64,000 nt of DNA from NCBI GenBank assembly GCA_965261005.1, contig OZ253375.1:64001-128000 (forward strand). The letters run 5' to 3'. Under the pieces are notes generated by a model. It searched no databases, had not been told where the DNA came from, and saw only the letters and a list, made by a program, of their open reading frames with translations. The stretch's first letter is position 1. Each line of letters starts with the position of its first letter. The DNA is from Deinococcus sp. (GTDB lineage: Bacteria > Deinococcota > Deinococci > Deinococcales > Deinococcaceae). Positions 32,208 through 43,930 of this stretch are shown piece after piece. Made by a program: the position numbers and the translations under genes.

Positions 32208-33127
32208 TTCGTATATTATGTGTCTCTTCTGTTCTGCTTTTATCAAGTTTGGGGCAATATTCTAATGGAAATGTTCATGTAGTTTCCGTTCTTAAAAATA
32301 ATACTAATAGTATAAAATCCGCTTTGGACGAAGAACTGAGAGACAAAGATGGTTTTCCTATACCATATCTATACTCAAAAATACCCATAGAAAGTGAAAC
32401 CTTTCCCGAACTGAAAGGAAGCATAATATGGAACTCTTACTATAACTTCAGTACCCACAGTACAGATCACAACAACGATTCTTCCGGGTATGACGTAAAT
32501 CTTATATCTAATCCAAATTGCAATCCAGATTTATTCAAAGGCGATTGCTACAATGGTAATTTCTCGGCTTGGGTTAATGTTAAAGATAGTGGATATACTG
32601 AAGATAAATTTCAGGTTTTGAAGGAGCCATTATCAGATAAACCCGTCCCCTTAGCTTACGGAATTACGGGATACATATACGGCATTGCTATAAGATTTCT
32701 ATATAAACAGGGAGAGTACTGGATTGATGGCAGCCGCTACCCTCTCGAAAACGTGATTCTCGCCAACGCGGCGAACGTGGACCTCAAGGACCCCAAGGGA
32801 CCGAACTACAACAAGCCCTTTGGCGGTACGGTCGGTCAGAAGCTCAAGCTCAACATGCAGCTTCGCCGCAGTGGCAAGTGGCTGTGGGGCACCTACGCCT
32901 ATAACCTGGGCAAGCCCGTTGCCGTGCAAGACCGCCTGTACGTCGTCGGCAGCGTGGCCCCAGACGGCGTGGCCAGCTTGCGGGAATACAGCTTCGACAA
33001 CCAGAACAACAAGGCCAACCAGACTGGCCTCTTCAGGGGAAAGCTGGTCGGCGACAAGACCTTCAGCGGGACGTGGTCCGCCCCTGACGGCAAGAAGACC
33101 TTGCCGTTCTCGTTACAGGCCAAGTAA
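32204..33127 (+). CDS. Putative exported immunity protein with C-terminal beta-barrel-like repeat
   Basis: GTGA overlap with toxin stop; hydrophobic N-terminal signal; AT-rich first two thirds; C-terminus homologous to the toxin repeats. Confidence 0.72.
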   Translation: MIRILCVSSVLLLSSLGQYSNGNVHVVSVLKNNTNSIKSALDEELRDKDGFPIPYLYSKIPIESETFPELKGSIIWNSYYNFSTHSTDHNNDSSGYDVNLISNPNCNPDLFKGDCYNGNFSAWVNVKDSGYTEDKFQVLKEPLSDKPVPLAYGITGYIYGIAIRFLYKQGEYWIDGSRYPLENVILANAANVDLKDPKGPNYNKPFGGTVGQKLKLNMQLRRSGKWLWGTYAYNLGKPVAVQDRLYVVGSVAPDGVASLREYSFDNQNNKANQTGLFRGKLVGDKTFSGTWSAPDGKKTLPFSLQAK

Positions 33128-33186
33128 GTATCCCGACTTCGAGCCGGACGGGCATGGATGCTTTACGTTAAGGGCAGGAGGTTCAC

Positions 33187-34758
33187 GTGCCCGATTCCGC
33201 GCCTACTTCTGTAACCGTCAAGCTGTCTGATCTGCCGTCAAGCGGTCTGCACGCCGTCAAGGTCGGCGACGAGGAGGTGCTGCTCGCCCAGGTGGACGGC
33301 GAAATCTTCGCCCTTCAAGGGAAGTGTCCGCACGCCGGGGCGCCCCTGGAAAAGGGCGTCCTGAGCAGCCACCGCCTGGTCTGTCCGTGGCACCACGCCT
33401 GCTTCGACGTGCGCAGTGGCCAATTACTGGAGCCGCCCGCGCTGGACGATCTGAAGCGCTACCGGGTGGAGCGCTCGGAGGGCGAGGTTCGGGTGTTCCT
33501 CGCCGAGCTGCCGAACCCCGAACGGCCCCAGCCCGCCCCCGATGAGCGCACCTTTCTGATGGTGGGCGGCGGCGCGGCGGGGGAGGTGTGTGCCCAGACG
33601 CTGCGCCGCCAAGGATTCGGCGGGCGGGTGGTCGTGCTCAGCGCTGACGCGCAGGCCCCCTATGACCGCACCAGCCTGAGCAAGAAGGTTTTGGCGGGTC
33701 AGGCTGACCCGGACAGCCTGCCGCTCAAGGACGAAGACTGGTACGCCCAGAACGACGTCGAGCTGCGCCTAAATTCGGTGGTGGAAAAGGTGAATGTAGA
33801 GGCGCGCGAGGTGCAACTGGCCGGGGGTGAGACGCTCGCCTACGACGGTCTGCTGTTCGCCACCGGCGGCGTGCCGCGCACGCTGGATGTGCCGGGCGCC
33901 GACCTGGGGAACATCGTGGTCCTGCGGACGCCGCAAGACGTTGACTGGATCACTGACCGCCTCAATCAGGCCAAGAACGTCGTGATCGTGGGGTCGAGCT
34001 TTATCGGCTTGGAGGCGGCCTCCAGCCTCAGAACGCGCGGCGACTGGAACGTGACTGTCGTCGGGCAGGAGGACGTGCCGTTTGAAAGCACCCTGGGCGA
34101 GGCGGTCGGGCGCTACTTTCAGGGGCTGCACGAGGCGCACGGCGTCACCTTCAAGCTGGGCGCCGAGGTGGAGCGCTTCGAGGGCGAGCGCGACGTGCGG
34201 GCGGTCGTCCTGAGGGGGGGCGAGCGGCTAGACGCCGACTTGGTGCTGCTGGGCGTCGGGGTGCGGCCCGCGACGGGGGCATTGCCGGGGGACCTGCTGA
34301 CCGAACGCGGTGAAATCACGGTGGACGCCCGCATGCGCGCCGCCCCCAACCTCTACGCCGCCGGCGACGTCACCCGCTTTCCCGGTCCGCAGACGGACGA
34401 ACCCATCCATGTCGAACATTGGCGCGTGGCCCAGCAACACGGCCGCGCCGCCGCCATGAACCTGCTCGGCTCGGGAACGGATTACGCGGGCGTCCCCTAC
34501 TTCTGGACCTTTCACTATGGCCAGAATTTGCGCTACAGCGGCCACGCCGAGGGGTGGGACGAGACCGTGACTTGGGGCGACGTGGACCAGGGTGAGTTTC
34601 TGGTGTTCTACGTCAAGGATGGCCGGGTGCGCGCCGCCGCCGGCCTCAAGCGCGACACCGCCCTGGCCGCTGCCGAGGAGTTGCTGCGGCTGGACCGCAT
34701 GCCGAGTCCCCAGGAGCTGCGCGCCGGCGAGTTCGACTTGGCGGGCCTGCTGCGCTAA
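33187..34758 (+). CDS. Rieske [2Fe-2S] plus FAD-dependent pyridine nucleotide oxidoreductase (AIFM3-like)
   Basis: CPHAGAPL...CPWHHACF; GGGAAG; PYDRTSLSK; GSSFIGLE; HVEHW; PYFWT. Confidence 0.92.
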   Translation: MPDSAPTSVTVKLSDLPSSGLHAVKVGDEEVLLAQVDGEIFALQGKCPHAGAPLEKGVLSSHRLVCPWHHACFDVRSGQLLEPPALDDLKRYRVERSEGEVRVFLAELPNPERPQPAPDERTFLMVGGGAAGEVCAQTLRRQGFGGRVVVLSADAQAPYDRTSLSKKVLAGQADPDSLPLKDEDWYAQNDVELRLNSVVEKVNVEAREVQLAGGETLAYDGLLFATGGVPRTLDVPGADLGNIVVLRTPQDVDWITDRLNQAKNVVIVGSSFIGLEAASSLRTRGDWNVTVVGQEDVPFESTLGEAVGRYFQGLHEAHGVTFKLGAEVERFEGERDVRAVVLRGGERLDADLVLLGVGVRPATGALPGDLLTERGEITVDARMRAAPNLYAAGDVTRFPGPQTDEPIHVEHWRVAQQHGRAAAMNLLGSGTDYAGVPYFWTFHYGQNLRYSGHAEGWDETVTWGDVDQGEFLVFYVKDGRVRAAAGLKRDTALAAAEELLRLDRMPSPQELRAGEFDLAGLLR

Positions 34759-34777
34759 CGGCCGGAAAAAGTCCACG

Positions 34778-34810
34778 AAAAAGCGGAGTCCTGTTAGGGA
34801 CTCCGCTCTG
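34778..34810 (-). terminator. Intrinsic terminator after the SLH gene
   Basis: Minus strand AGCGGAGTCC-ctaaca-GGACTCCGCT-TTTT. Confidence 0.8.
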
Positions 34811-34822
34811 ACTTGAGGGGGT

Positions 34823-36046
34823 TTAGAAGAAGAACTTCAGGCCCACACGGGCGCCGATGCCGAAGCCGTTGGTGGCGGTGGTGTTCAGGTTGGTGCCCAG
34901 ACCGTTGTTGCTGAAATAGTAGCGCGGGGTCGCCTCGGCGAACACGCCCAAGCTGTCGGTGAAGCGGTAATCCACGCCGACCAGGCCGCTGACGTAGAAG
35001 TCGGTCGCGCCGCCGTCGCCCACGCGCGGCGTCGAGTACACGATGCCGGCGCCCGCGCCCACGTAGGGCTGGAAGGCGGCGCCCGCGCCCAGGCCGTACA
35101 TCAGGTTGACGTCGCCCTCGATGGCGCTGTTGCTGGGCTGATAGCCGACGTCAACACGGGCGCCGAAGCCAAAGAGGAACTGCTTGAGGCCAAAGACCGC
35201 GTTGTATTTTAGGGCGTTGAACGCGAAGGCGTCGCTGCCAAAAGCGTACGAGGCGCTGATGCCCACGTAGGTGGTCGGCTCGGTGAAGATAGGGGCGTTG
35301 CCCACGCCGCTGTCCACGATCACGGTCTGACCTTCGCCGGGCACCACCGCGACACCTTGATCGGCCGGGGCGGGCGCAGGTGCCACGGTGACCGGGGCCG
35401 GGGCGGGCGCGGGCTGGGCGGCCTGCTGCGCCACCTGGGTTTCCAGGGCCGCGACGCGCGCCTCCAGCGCCGAGGTGTCGGCGGGGGCGGCAGCCGTAGG
35501 GGCCGGGGCGGCCTGCAAGGTCTGCACGTTTTGCTGGAGCTGCTGGACAGTCTGCTCCAGGGTAGCCACGCGGGCGCTCAGATCGGTCGTGTTGGTGGTG
35601 ATGTTGGTCGTGTCCAGCGCGGCGATCTGCTGCTCCAGGGTCTGAATGCGCTGCGCCTGGCTGGTGTTGGCGCTCTCCAACGCGTCCACCCGACCGGTAA
35701 TGGTCGCCAGCTCGGTGGCCACTTCCTGCATGCCGTTCACGACGGTCTGCATGTCTTGGGGGGCCATCTGCGACAGCTGGCCGCTTTGCAGCAAGCGGTA
35801 GAAGATCAGCGCCGCTTGGTAGCGGGTCAGGTTCTCGTTGCCACGAAAGGTGCCGTCGGGAAAGCCTTGAATCAGGCCGCGCTGGGTGATGAAGTCAACC
35901 GCGTCCTTGGCCCAGTGGCCGGCCGGCACGTCTGAGAAGTTGGCGGGCGCCACGGTCGTGGTCGCGGGCGTGGCCGTCTGGGCGCTGGCGGCTCCCAGGC
36001 CGAGGGCGGCGGTGAGCGAGGTCACCAAAAGCATGCGGGTCTTCAT
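34823..36046 (-). CDS. SLH-domain, coiled-coil, outer-membrane beta-barrel protein
   Basis: Signal peptide; FSDVPAGHWA...GFPDGTFRGNENLTRY; heptad repeats; C-terminal beta strands ending in F. Confidence 0.88.
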   Translation of the reverse strand: MKTRMLLVTSLTAALGLGAASAQTATPATTTVAPANFSDVPAGHWAKDAVDFITQRGLIQGFPDGTFRGNENLTRYQAALIFYRLLQSGQLSQMAPQDMQTVVNGMQEVATELATITGRVDALESANTSQAQRIQTLEQQIAALDTTNITTNTTDLSARVATLEQTVQQLQQNVQTLQAAPAPTAAAPADTSALEARVAALETQVAQQAAQPAPAPAPVTVAPAPAPADQGVAVVPGEGQTVIVDSGVGNAPIFTEPTTYVGISASYAFGSDAFAFNALKYNAVFGLKQFLFGFGARVDVGYQPSNSAIEGDVNLMYGLGAGAAFQPYVGAGAGIVYSTPRVGDGGATDFYVSGLVGVDYRFTDSLGVFAEATPRYYFSNNGLGTNLNTTATNGFGIGARVGLKFFF

Positions 36047-36341
36047 TTCTTCTCCTCACAAAGGGCAGCACGAAATTTGCAACTGGGGCGCGAACGAAGT
36101 TTCTCGCCCTTTCATCGCATGTCCCTACCGTAAGAAAGTGCGATGAGCGAAGTATGAACGAGAACGCGCTTTTTCCTTGGCTGTTGTGGATATTCCTAAA
36201 GGTTGCGATCAGGAATGAGCTGCGGCGCCGAGAAGGGTCAAGGCGCGCGGGCCGCCGGATTTACGTCCGTGGCCGAAGTTCGGGGCTGGAGTTTGGGTCC
36301 GGCGGCGGACTCGGGCGGGGTCAGCGCCTATACTTGGGCGT

Positions 36342-37058
36342 ATGACTCAGATTCATGTGAAGGCGCGCCCCGCCGACTTGGCGCCCCTGGTGCTGTTGCC
36401 AGGGGACCCCGGCCGGGCGCGCTGGATCGCGCGGACCTTTTTGGAGGACCCGCGCCCCTACACCGAGCACCGTGGTCTGCTGGGCTTTACTGGCACGTAC
36501 CGGGGGGTGCCGGTCAGCGTGCAGACGACCGGCATGGGCTGTCCCAGCGCCAGCATCGTGGCCGAGGAGCTGGTCAACCTCGGCGCCACCCACCTGCTGC
36601 GGGTCGGAACCTGCGGCGCCGCCAGCGCGCGCCTGAAGCCGGCCGACCTGGTGATCGCGCTTTCCAGCGTGCCGGCCGACGGCACCACCCGGCAATACCT
36701 GGGCGGCGCCCCTTACGCGCCCACGGCCAGTTATTCTCTGGTGGAGGCGAGCGTGGGGGCCGCTCGCGAGCTGGGCTTGCCCCACCACGTCGGTTTGCTG
36801 ATGACCGAGGACGCCTTTTACGCTTCCACGCCCGAGCACGCCCAGACTTGGGCGGCGCGCGGCGTCCTTGCCTTCGAGATGGAGGCCAGCGCCCTCTTTC
36901 TGATCGCCGCCCTGCGCGGTGTTCAGGCCGGTTGCCTGGTCACGGTCAGCAACGCCATTGGCGACGCGCAGCTGGTCACCGAGGAGGTGCTGGCGCGCGG
37001 CGTCGAGCAGATGGTGAGAACGGCGCTGGAGACCTTCGTGAGGGTCGCGCAGGGCTAG
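36342..37058 (+). CDS. deoD: Purine nucleoside phosphorylase (DeoD type)
   Basis: LLPGDPGRA, TGMGCPS, RVGTCG, DAFY, EMEASA. Confidence 0.88.
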   Translation: MTQIHVKARPADLAPLVLLPGDPGRARWIARTFLEDPRPYTEHRGLLGFTGTYRGVPVSVQTTGMGCPSASIVAEELVNLGATHLLRVGTCGAASARLKPADLVIALSSVPADGTTRQYLGGAPYAPTASYSLVEASVGAARELGLPHHVGLLMTEDAFYASTPEHAQTWAARGVLAFEMEASALFLIAALRGVQAGCLVTVSNAIGDAQLVTEEVLARGVEQMVRTALETFVRVAQG

Positions 37059-37110
37059 AATCTCGCTCTCTGCCCTTTGCTTTCCTCTGCGCTCTGCCTT
37101 AAGGAGAACC

Positions 37111-37899
37111 ATGCTCGACGCCGAATTCAAAAACATACAGCTCGATCAGCACGGCCCCCTCGCGGTGCTGACGGTGAACCGTCCGGGGGCGCTCAACGCC
37201 CTGAACGCCGATACCCTTTCCGAGATCGCCCAAGCTGTCGAGTTGGTGGTGGACGAGGCCGAGGTGGGCGCCCTGATCGTGACGGGCGCGGGTGAGCGCG
37301 CCTTTGTGGCCGGCGCGGACATCGCCGAACTCGCGGAACTCGACAGCGCCTTTGCCGGGCGCGAGCTGAGCTTGGCCGGACAGGACGTGATGCAGACCAT
37401 CGCCGCGCTGCCGCTGCCGACCATCGCGGCCATTTCGGGCTACGCCCTCGGGGGCGGCCTGGAGTTGGCCCTGGCCTGCGACGTGCGGGTGGCGTCGCCG
37501 GGAGCGAAACTCGGCCTGCCCGAGGTGGGCTTGGGCCTGATTCCCGGCTTCGGCGGCACCCAACGCCTGCCGCGCGTGGTGGGCCTGGGGCGCGCCCTCG
37601 ACCTTTTGCTGACCGGGCGGCAGGTGGACGCCCGGGAAGCGCTGGAGATGGGCCTCGTGAGCGCGCTGGCGGACGATCCCCTGCGGAGGGCGCGCGAGTT
37701 GGCGCAGCAGATGCTGAAAAACGCCCCCATGAGCCTCGGCCTGGTCAAGGAGGCGGTGCGCCGCGGCATGGACGCCCCCTTCGACCACGCGCTCGAAATC
37801 GAGGCGGACTTGTTCGGCCTGGCGGTGGTGACGAGGGACTTCAAGGAGGGCGCCCGCGCCTTTTTGGACAAGCGCCCGCCCAAGTTCGAGGGCGAGTAA
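37111..37899 (+). CDS. Enoyl-CoA hydratase/crotonase
   Basis: NRPGALNAL, AFVAGADI, ALGGGLELALACD, PEVGLGLIPGFGGTQRL. Confidence 0.93.
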   Translation: MLDAEFKNIQLDQHGPLAVLTVNRPGALNALNADTLSEIAQAVELVVDEAEVGALIVTGAGERAFVAGADIAELAELDSAFAGRELSLAGQDVMQTIAALPLPTIAAISGYALGGGLELALACDVRVASPGAKLGLPEVGLGLIPGFGGTQRLPRVVGLGRALDLLLTGRQVDAREALEMGLVSALADDPLRRARELAQQMLKNAPMSLGLVKEAVRRGMDAPFDHALEIEADLFGLAVVTRDFKEGARAFLDKRPPKFEGE

Positions 37900-37900
37900 G

Positions 37901-38989
37901 GTGTCCCAAGAAGAGCGGGACCAAAAAGCCAACGATAAGCTGACCCTCAAGGTCGCGGGCGGCACCTTGCAAGACGTGGACGGCGGGCCGGCGAATGAAC
38001 GCGGCGTTTCTGAAGGCGGCGCCTCGCCGCACGAGCGCGTGATCGAGTTCGCCACGCCGCGCGCCAAGCTGATCGAGGAGGCCGACCGCTCGATTCGCGG
38101 CGACCTCGCCCCCCACCCAAAGGCGCTCTCAGCCTACTTGGCCCTCAGCAAGGACCCGGAGGCGCGGGCCAGTTGGGACATGGCCAATTACATCACCATG
38201 CGCAAGCTGGGCTACAACGACCACGGGCGCGTGCACGCCTGGGTGACGGGGGCCGCCTCGACCGCCATTTTGGACTTGCTGGTGCGCGGCGGGGTGCAGC
38301 CGGACTTGGTGGAGTCCGGCATCGGCGACCTGGACGACGCCTACGTCGCCGTGATTCTGGGCAGCATGCTGCACGACATCGGCAACCAGGTGCACCGGGT
38401 CCAACACGAGCTGTACGGCGCCACTTTGGCCCGCCCGATACTCGACCGGCTGCTCACGCCGCTCTACCCGGACGTCTTCAAGCGCACCAAGGTCCGCGCC
38501 TTTGCGCTGCACTGCATTGACTGCCACGACCTCAACCCCGCGCCCCTGACCATCGAGGGCGGCGTGACGGCGGTGGCCGACGGCATCGACATCACCAAGG
38601 GCCGTGGGCGCAAGGCGTTCGCGCTGGGCAGCGTGGACATCCACTCGATCAGCGCCCTCGCGGTGGACGTTGTCACCATCGCGCGCGGCCGGGACAAGCC
38701 GGTCTCCATCGAGGTCACCATGAACAACTCGGGCGGCATCTTCCAAGTGGAGGAGATTTTGGCGCCCAAGGTGATTCGCTCGCCGCTCGCCCCCTACGTC
38801 TCACTGCGCGCCAAGATGAGGGACGCGCCCGAGGCGCGCATTCTCAACCGGGTGCGCCTGGAGGGCGACCACTTCGTGATGGACCTGGAGGACTTCGGCG
38901 AGGTGGAGGCGGACGTCGAGGTAACCCGCAAGCAGCTGCTCAAAGAGGTCGAGCGCGAGTTGGGGGGGCCTGAGCCAGGGCAGGAGTAG
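37901..38989 (+). CDS. HD-superfamily phosphohydrolase
   Basis: YNDHGRVH, MLHDIGN..HR..H, VADGID. Confidence 0.85.
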   Translation: MSQEERDQKANDKLTLKVAGGTLQDVDGGPANERGVSEGGASPHERVIEFATPRAKLIEEADRSIRGDLAPHPKALSAYLALSKDPEARASWDMANYITMRKLGYNDHGRVHAWVTGAASTAILDLLVRGGVQPDLVESGIGDLDDAYVAVILGSMLHDIGNQVHRVQHELYGATLARPILDRLLTPLYPDVFKRTKVRAFALHCIDCHDLNPAPLTIEGGVTAVADGIDITKGRGRKAFALGSVDIHSISALAVDVVTIARGRDKPVSIEVTMNNSGGIFQVEEILAPKVIRSPLAPYVSLRAKMRDAPEARILNRVRLEGDHFVMDLEDFGEVEADVEVTRKQLLKEVERELGGPEPGQE

Positions 38990-39028
38990 GCCACACATCG
39001 GGCGCGTCTTATCAAGGCAAGCGTCAGA

Positions 39029-39994
39029 TCAAGACACGTCGAGGTGCAACACGTCCCGGACGAACATCCCCGCCAAGTCCGGGTCGAATTGGCAACCCGC
39101 CTCCCTCAGCAGGTGCTCGGCGGCGTCGCGGTAGTCCCAAGCGGGCTTGTAGCTGCGCTCGGACGTGAGGGCGTCGAACACGTCGGCGATGGACAGTGCG
39201 CGGGCCAGCAAGGGAATTTGGGTGCCGCGCAGACCCTTTGGGTAGCCCAGCCCGTCCCAGCGCTCGTGGTGGGACAAGACGGCCTCCCGCACCTCCGATG
39301 GCAAAAAGGCCAGCCCTGCCAGAATGTCCTCGCCCCAGGCCGGGTGCTGCCGAATCACCGCCCGCTCCTCGTCGGTGAGCGGGGCCGGCTTGAGCAGGAT
39401 CTGGTCGGGCACGCGGGCCTTGCCCACGTCGTGCAGGTAGGCCGCCCAGTGAAGCGCGCGGCGCTGCTCGGCGTTCAGGCCCAACACCTCGCCGAAGCGC
39501 GCGGCGTAGTGGGCGACCCGCTCGACGTGGTCCTGCTCGCGGCGGCTGGTTTGCGACCCAAAGGCCCGCAGCGTGGCGTCGAGCGACGCCTCCAGCTCGC
39601 CAACCTGCCGTTCAAGCTGCCACTCGAAGCGCGACAGCGGCGCCAAGCTGCCGGCCAGCCAACCGCCCTCGCGGCGCCAAGTCACCCCGAAACGGCGGCG
39701 TAGGGGACCGCACGTCGCCACGCCCGCGCCATCTGTGTCCGGATACTCCGCACCCGGCGTCAGCGCTTCGAGCGCCACGACGCTGGTCAGCGGCAGCCCC
39801 AGGGCGTCCTCCTCCGGCACGCCCGTCAGCGCTTCCCAAGCGCCGCCAACCGCAACCAGCCGCCCGCCCGCGTCCGCCAGAAAAAGGGCCTGCGGCGCGA
39901 GGTGCAACATCAGGCTGGCGCTTTCTGGCAAGACCGTTTGCTGTTTGGCCGTCTGCTTGACCGTTGGTTGCTTGGAGGTGAGTTCTTCGGACAT
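39029..39994 (-). CDS. PAS-like plus HD-GYP cyclic dinucleotide phosphodiesterase (start uncertain, ORF extends to 40018)
   Basis: HVERVA, LHDVGK, HHERWDGLGYP, ADVFDALTSERSYK, QFDP. Confidence 0.9.
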   Translation of the reverse strand: MSEELTSKQPTVKQTAKQQTVLPESASLMLHLAPQALFLADAGGRLVAVGGAWEALTGVPEEDALGLPLTSVVALEALTPGAEYPDTDGAGVATCGPLRRRFGVTWRREGGWLAGSLAPLSRFEWQLERQVGELEASLDATLRAFGSQTSRREQDHVERVAHYAARFGEVLGLNAEQRRALHWAAYLHDVGKARVPDQILLKPAPLTDEERAVIRQHPAWGEDILAGLAFLPSEVREAVLSHHERWDGLGYPKGLRGTQIPLLARALSIADVFDALTSERSYKPAWDYRDAAEHLLREAGCQFDPDLAGMFVRDVLHLDVS

Positions 39995-40189
39995 CGCGGC
40001 CGACCTCTGGGACGTCAATGGGTGAAACGAAGCTAAGGGTGTGCCGTCCTGCGTTGGCCCGGCGCGACCATTTCGTCCAAGCCCATCCCGTCTGTGTTTG
40101 GGGTGAAAAAAAGCTCAAGCTCATTTTGCCAGGTTTTGTCCTTTCTGTCGAGGTGTCCCCCCGCGGCTTGGCCGTACTACAGTGCGGGT

Positions 40190-40962
40190 ATGCTGCGCCT
40201 GTTGATGATCGGGGACATTTACGGCAAGCCGGGACGGCGCGTTTTGCAAGACCACCTTCCCGGCATTCGCTCCCGCTACGACTTCGTGATCGCCAACGGT
40301 GAAAACGCGGCCGGCGGCTTCGGCCTCAACCGGGAAGGTGCCGCCGCCATCCTCGGGGCCGGGGTGGACTGCGTCACGCTGGGCAACCATACCTGGAACA
40401 ACAAGGAGATTTACGGCCTGCTCGACGACCCGCGCGTGCTGCGGCCCACCAACTACCCTTCCGGCACGCCGGGCCGCGGCTGGGCGACCTACACCGTGAA
40501 CGGCGAGCGTCTGACGGTGGTGAGCGCGCTGGGCCGCACCTTTATGGAGGCGGTGGACGACCCGTTCGCGGCGCTGGACGGCATCTTGGAGCAGGAGAAG
40601 CTCGGCAGCGTGCTGCTCGACTTTCACGCCGAGGCCACCTCCGAAAAGGCTGCGATGGCTTACTTTCTGGACGGCAAGGTGGCGGCCGTGATCGGCACCC
40701 ACACCCACGTCGCCACCGCCGACGCCCGCATTTTGCCGCGCGGCACGGCCTTTCAAAGCGACGCGGGCATGACCGGCCCGCTGGAGAGCGTGATCGGGGC
40801 CGACCCAGAGGGGCCGGTGGGGCGCTTCACCACCCGGCTGCCGCACCGCTACGCCGTGGCGGGGGGCCGCGCCCAGCTCAACGCGGTCGAGCTGGACGTG
40901 CGGGACAACCGCGCCGTGCGGGTGGCGCGCTACAGCTACGCCGAACTGGCGGAGGAAAGCGC

Positions 40963-40966
<4 letters not shown>
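40190..40966 (+). CDS. YmdB/TIGR00282 metallophosphoesterase
   Basis: IGDIYGKPG, NGENAAGG, TLGNH, DFHAEATSEK, GTHTHV. Confidence 0.93.
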
Positions 40967-43437
<2,471 letters not shown>

Positions 43438-43465
43438 GGAAGCACGTCGGTTGGCAGGACGCCCG

Positions 43466-43825
43466 CTACCACAGCCCTGCGAAGCTGAGCGCCAAGGTCG
43501 GCAGAAACAGCAGGCCGAACAGCCCCCCGAGAACCATCCGAAGCGCGCCCGCGCGCGTCCGCCGCCAAGCGACCACGGCCAAGACGAGGGCCGTCCAGCC
43601 GAGCAGCAGGCCGAGGGGTGCCAAGAAGATGGTCGGCTCAAGGACGGACAAGCTTTTATGGGTGAAGTTGGCGGAGTAGCCCGACGTGGTCGGCGGCGCG
43701 AACGACCGCACGAATGACCGCAGCTGCCTGCTCGTCAGCCAGACGGTGCCCAGCCACCCGGCCGGCGCCGCAGCCGTGAGCGCCAAGGCCACGCCCCACC
43801 ACGCCGACGGCCGCATGCCCACCAT
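43466..43825 (-). CDS. Hypothetical membrane protein
   Basis: Three hydrophobic segments; fills an intergenic gap. Confidence 0.55.
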   Translation of the reverse strand: MVGMRPSAWWGVALALTAAAPAGWLGTVWLTSRQLRSFVRSFAPPTTSGYSANFTHKSLSVLEPTIFLAPLGLLLGWTALVLAVVAWRRTRAGALRMVLGGLFGLLFLPTLALSFAGLW

Positions 43826-43930
43826 CTTCGCATGAAGTCGGGCGTGCTAGCTTGCTGAGGTTGCCCCTTTCGCCGCTGTCCCACCTTTTTTCTGACAAGC
43901 TGACTGCTGACCCCTTTTTGGAGTGCTTCA

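Noticed and set aside
36261..36277. RDRM-like TTACGTCCGTGGCCGAA upstream of deoD
   Set aside because: Two mismatches and not overlapping the visible -10 box; too weak without a PWM score
40020..40120. Imperfect direct repeat GGGTGAAA-NN-AAGCT near 40021 and 40101
   Set aside because: Only two short copies; could be a regulator site but cannot be told from chance
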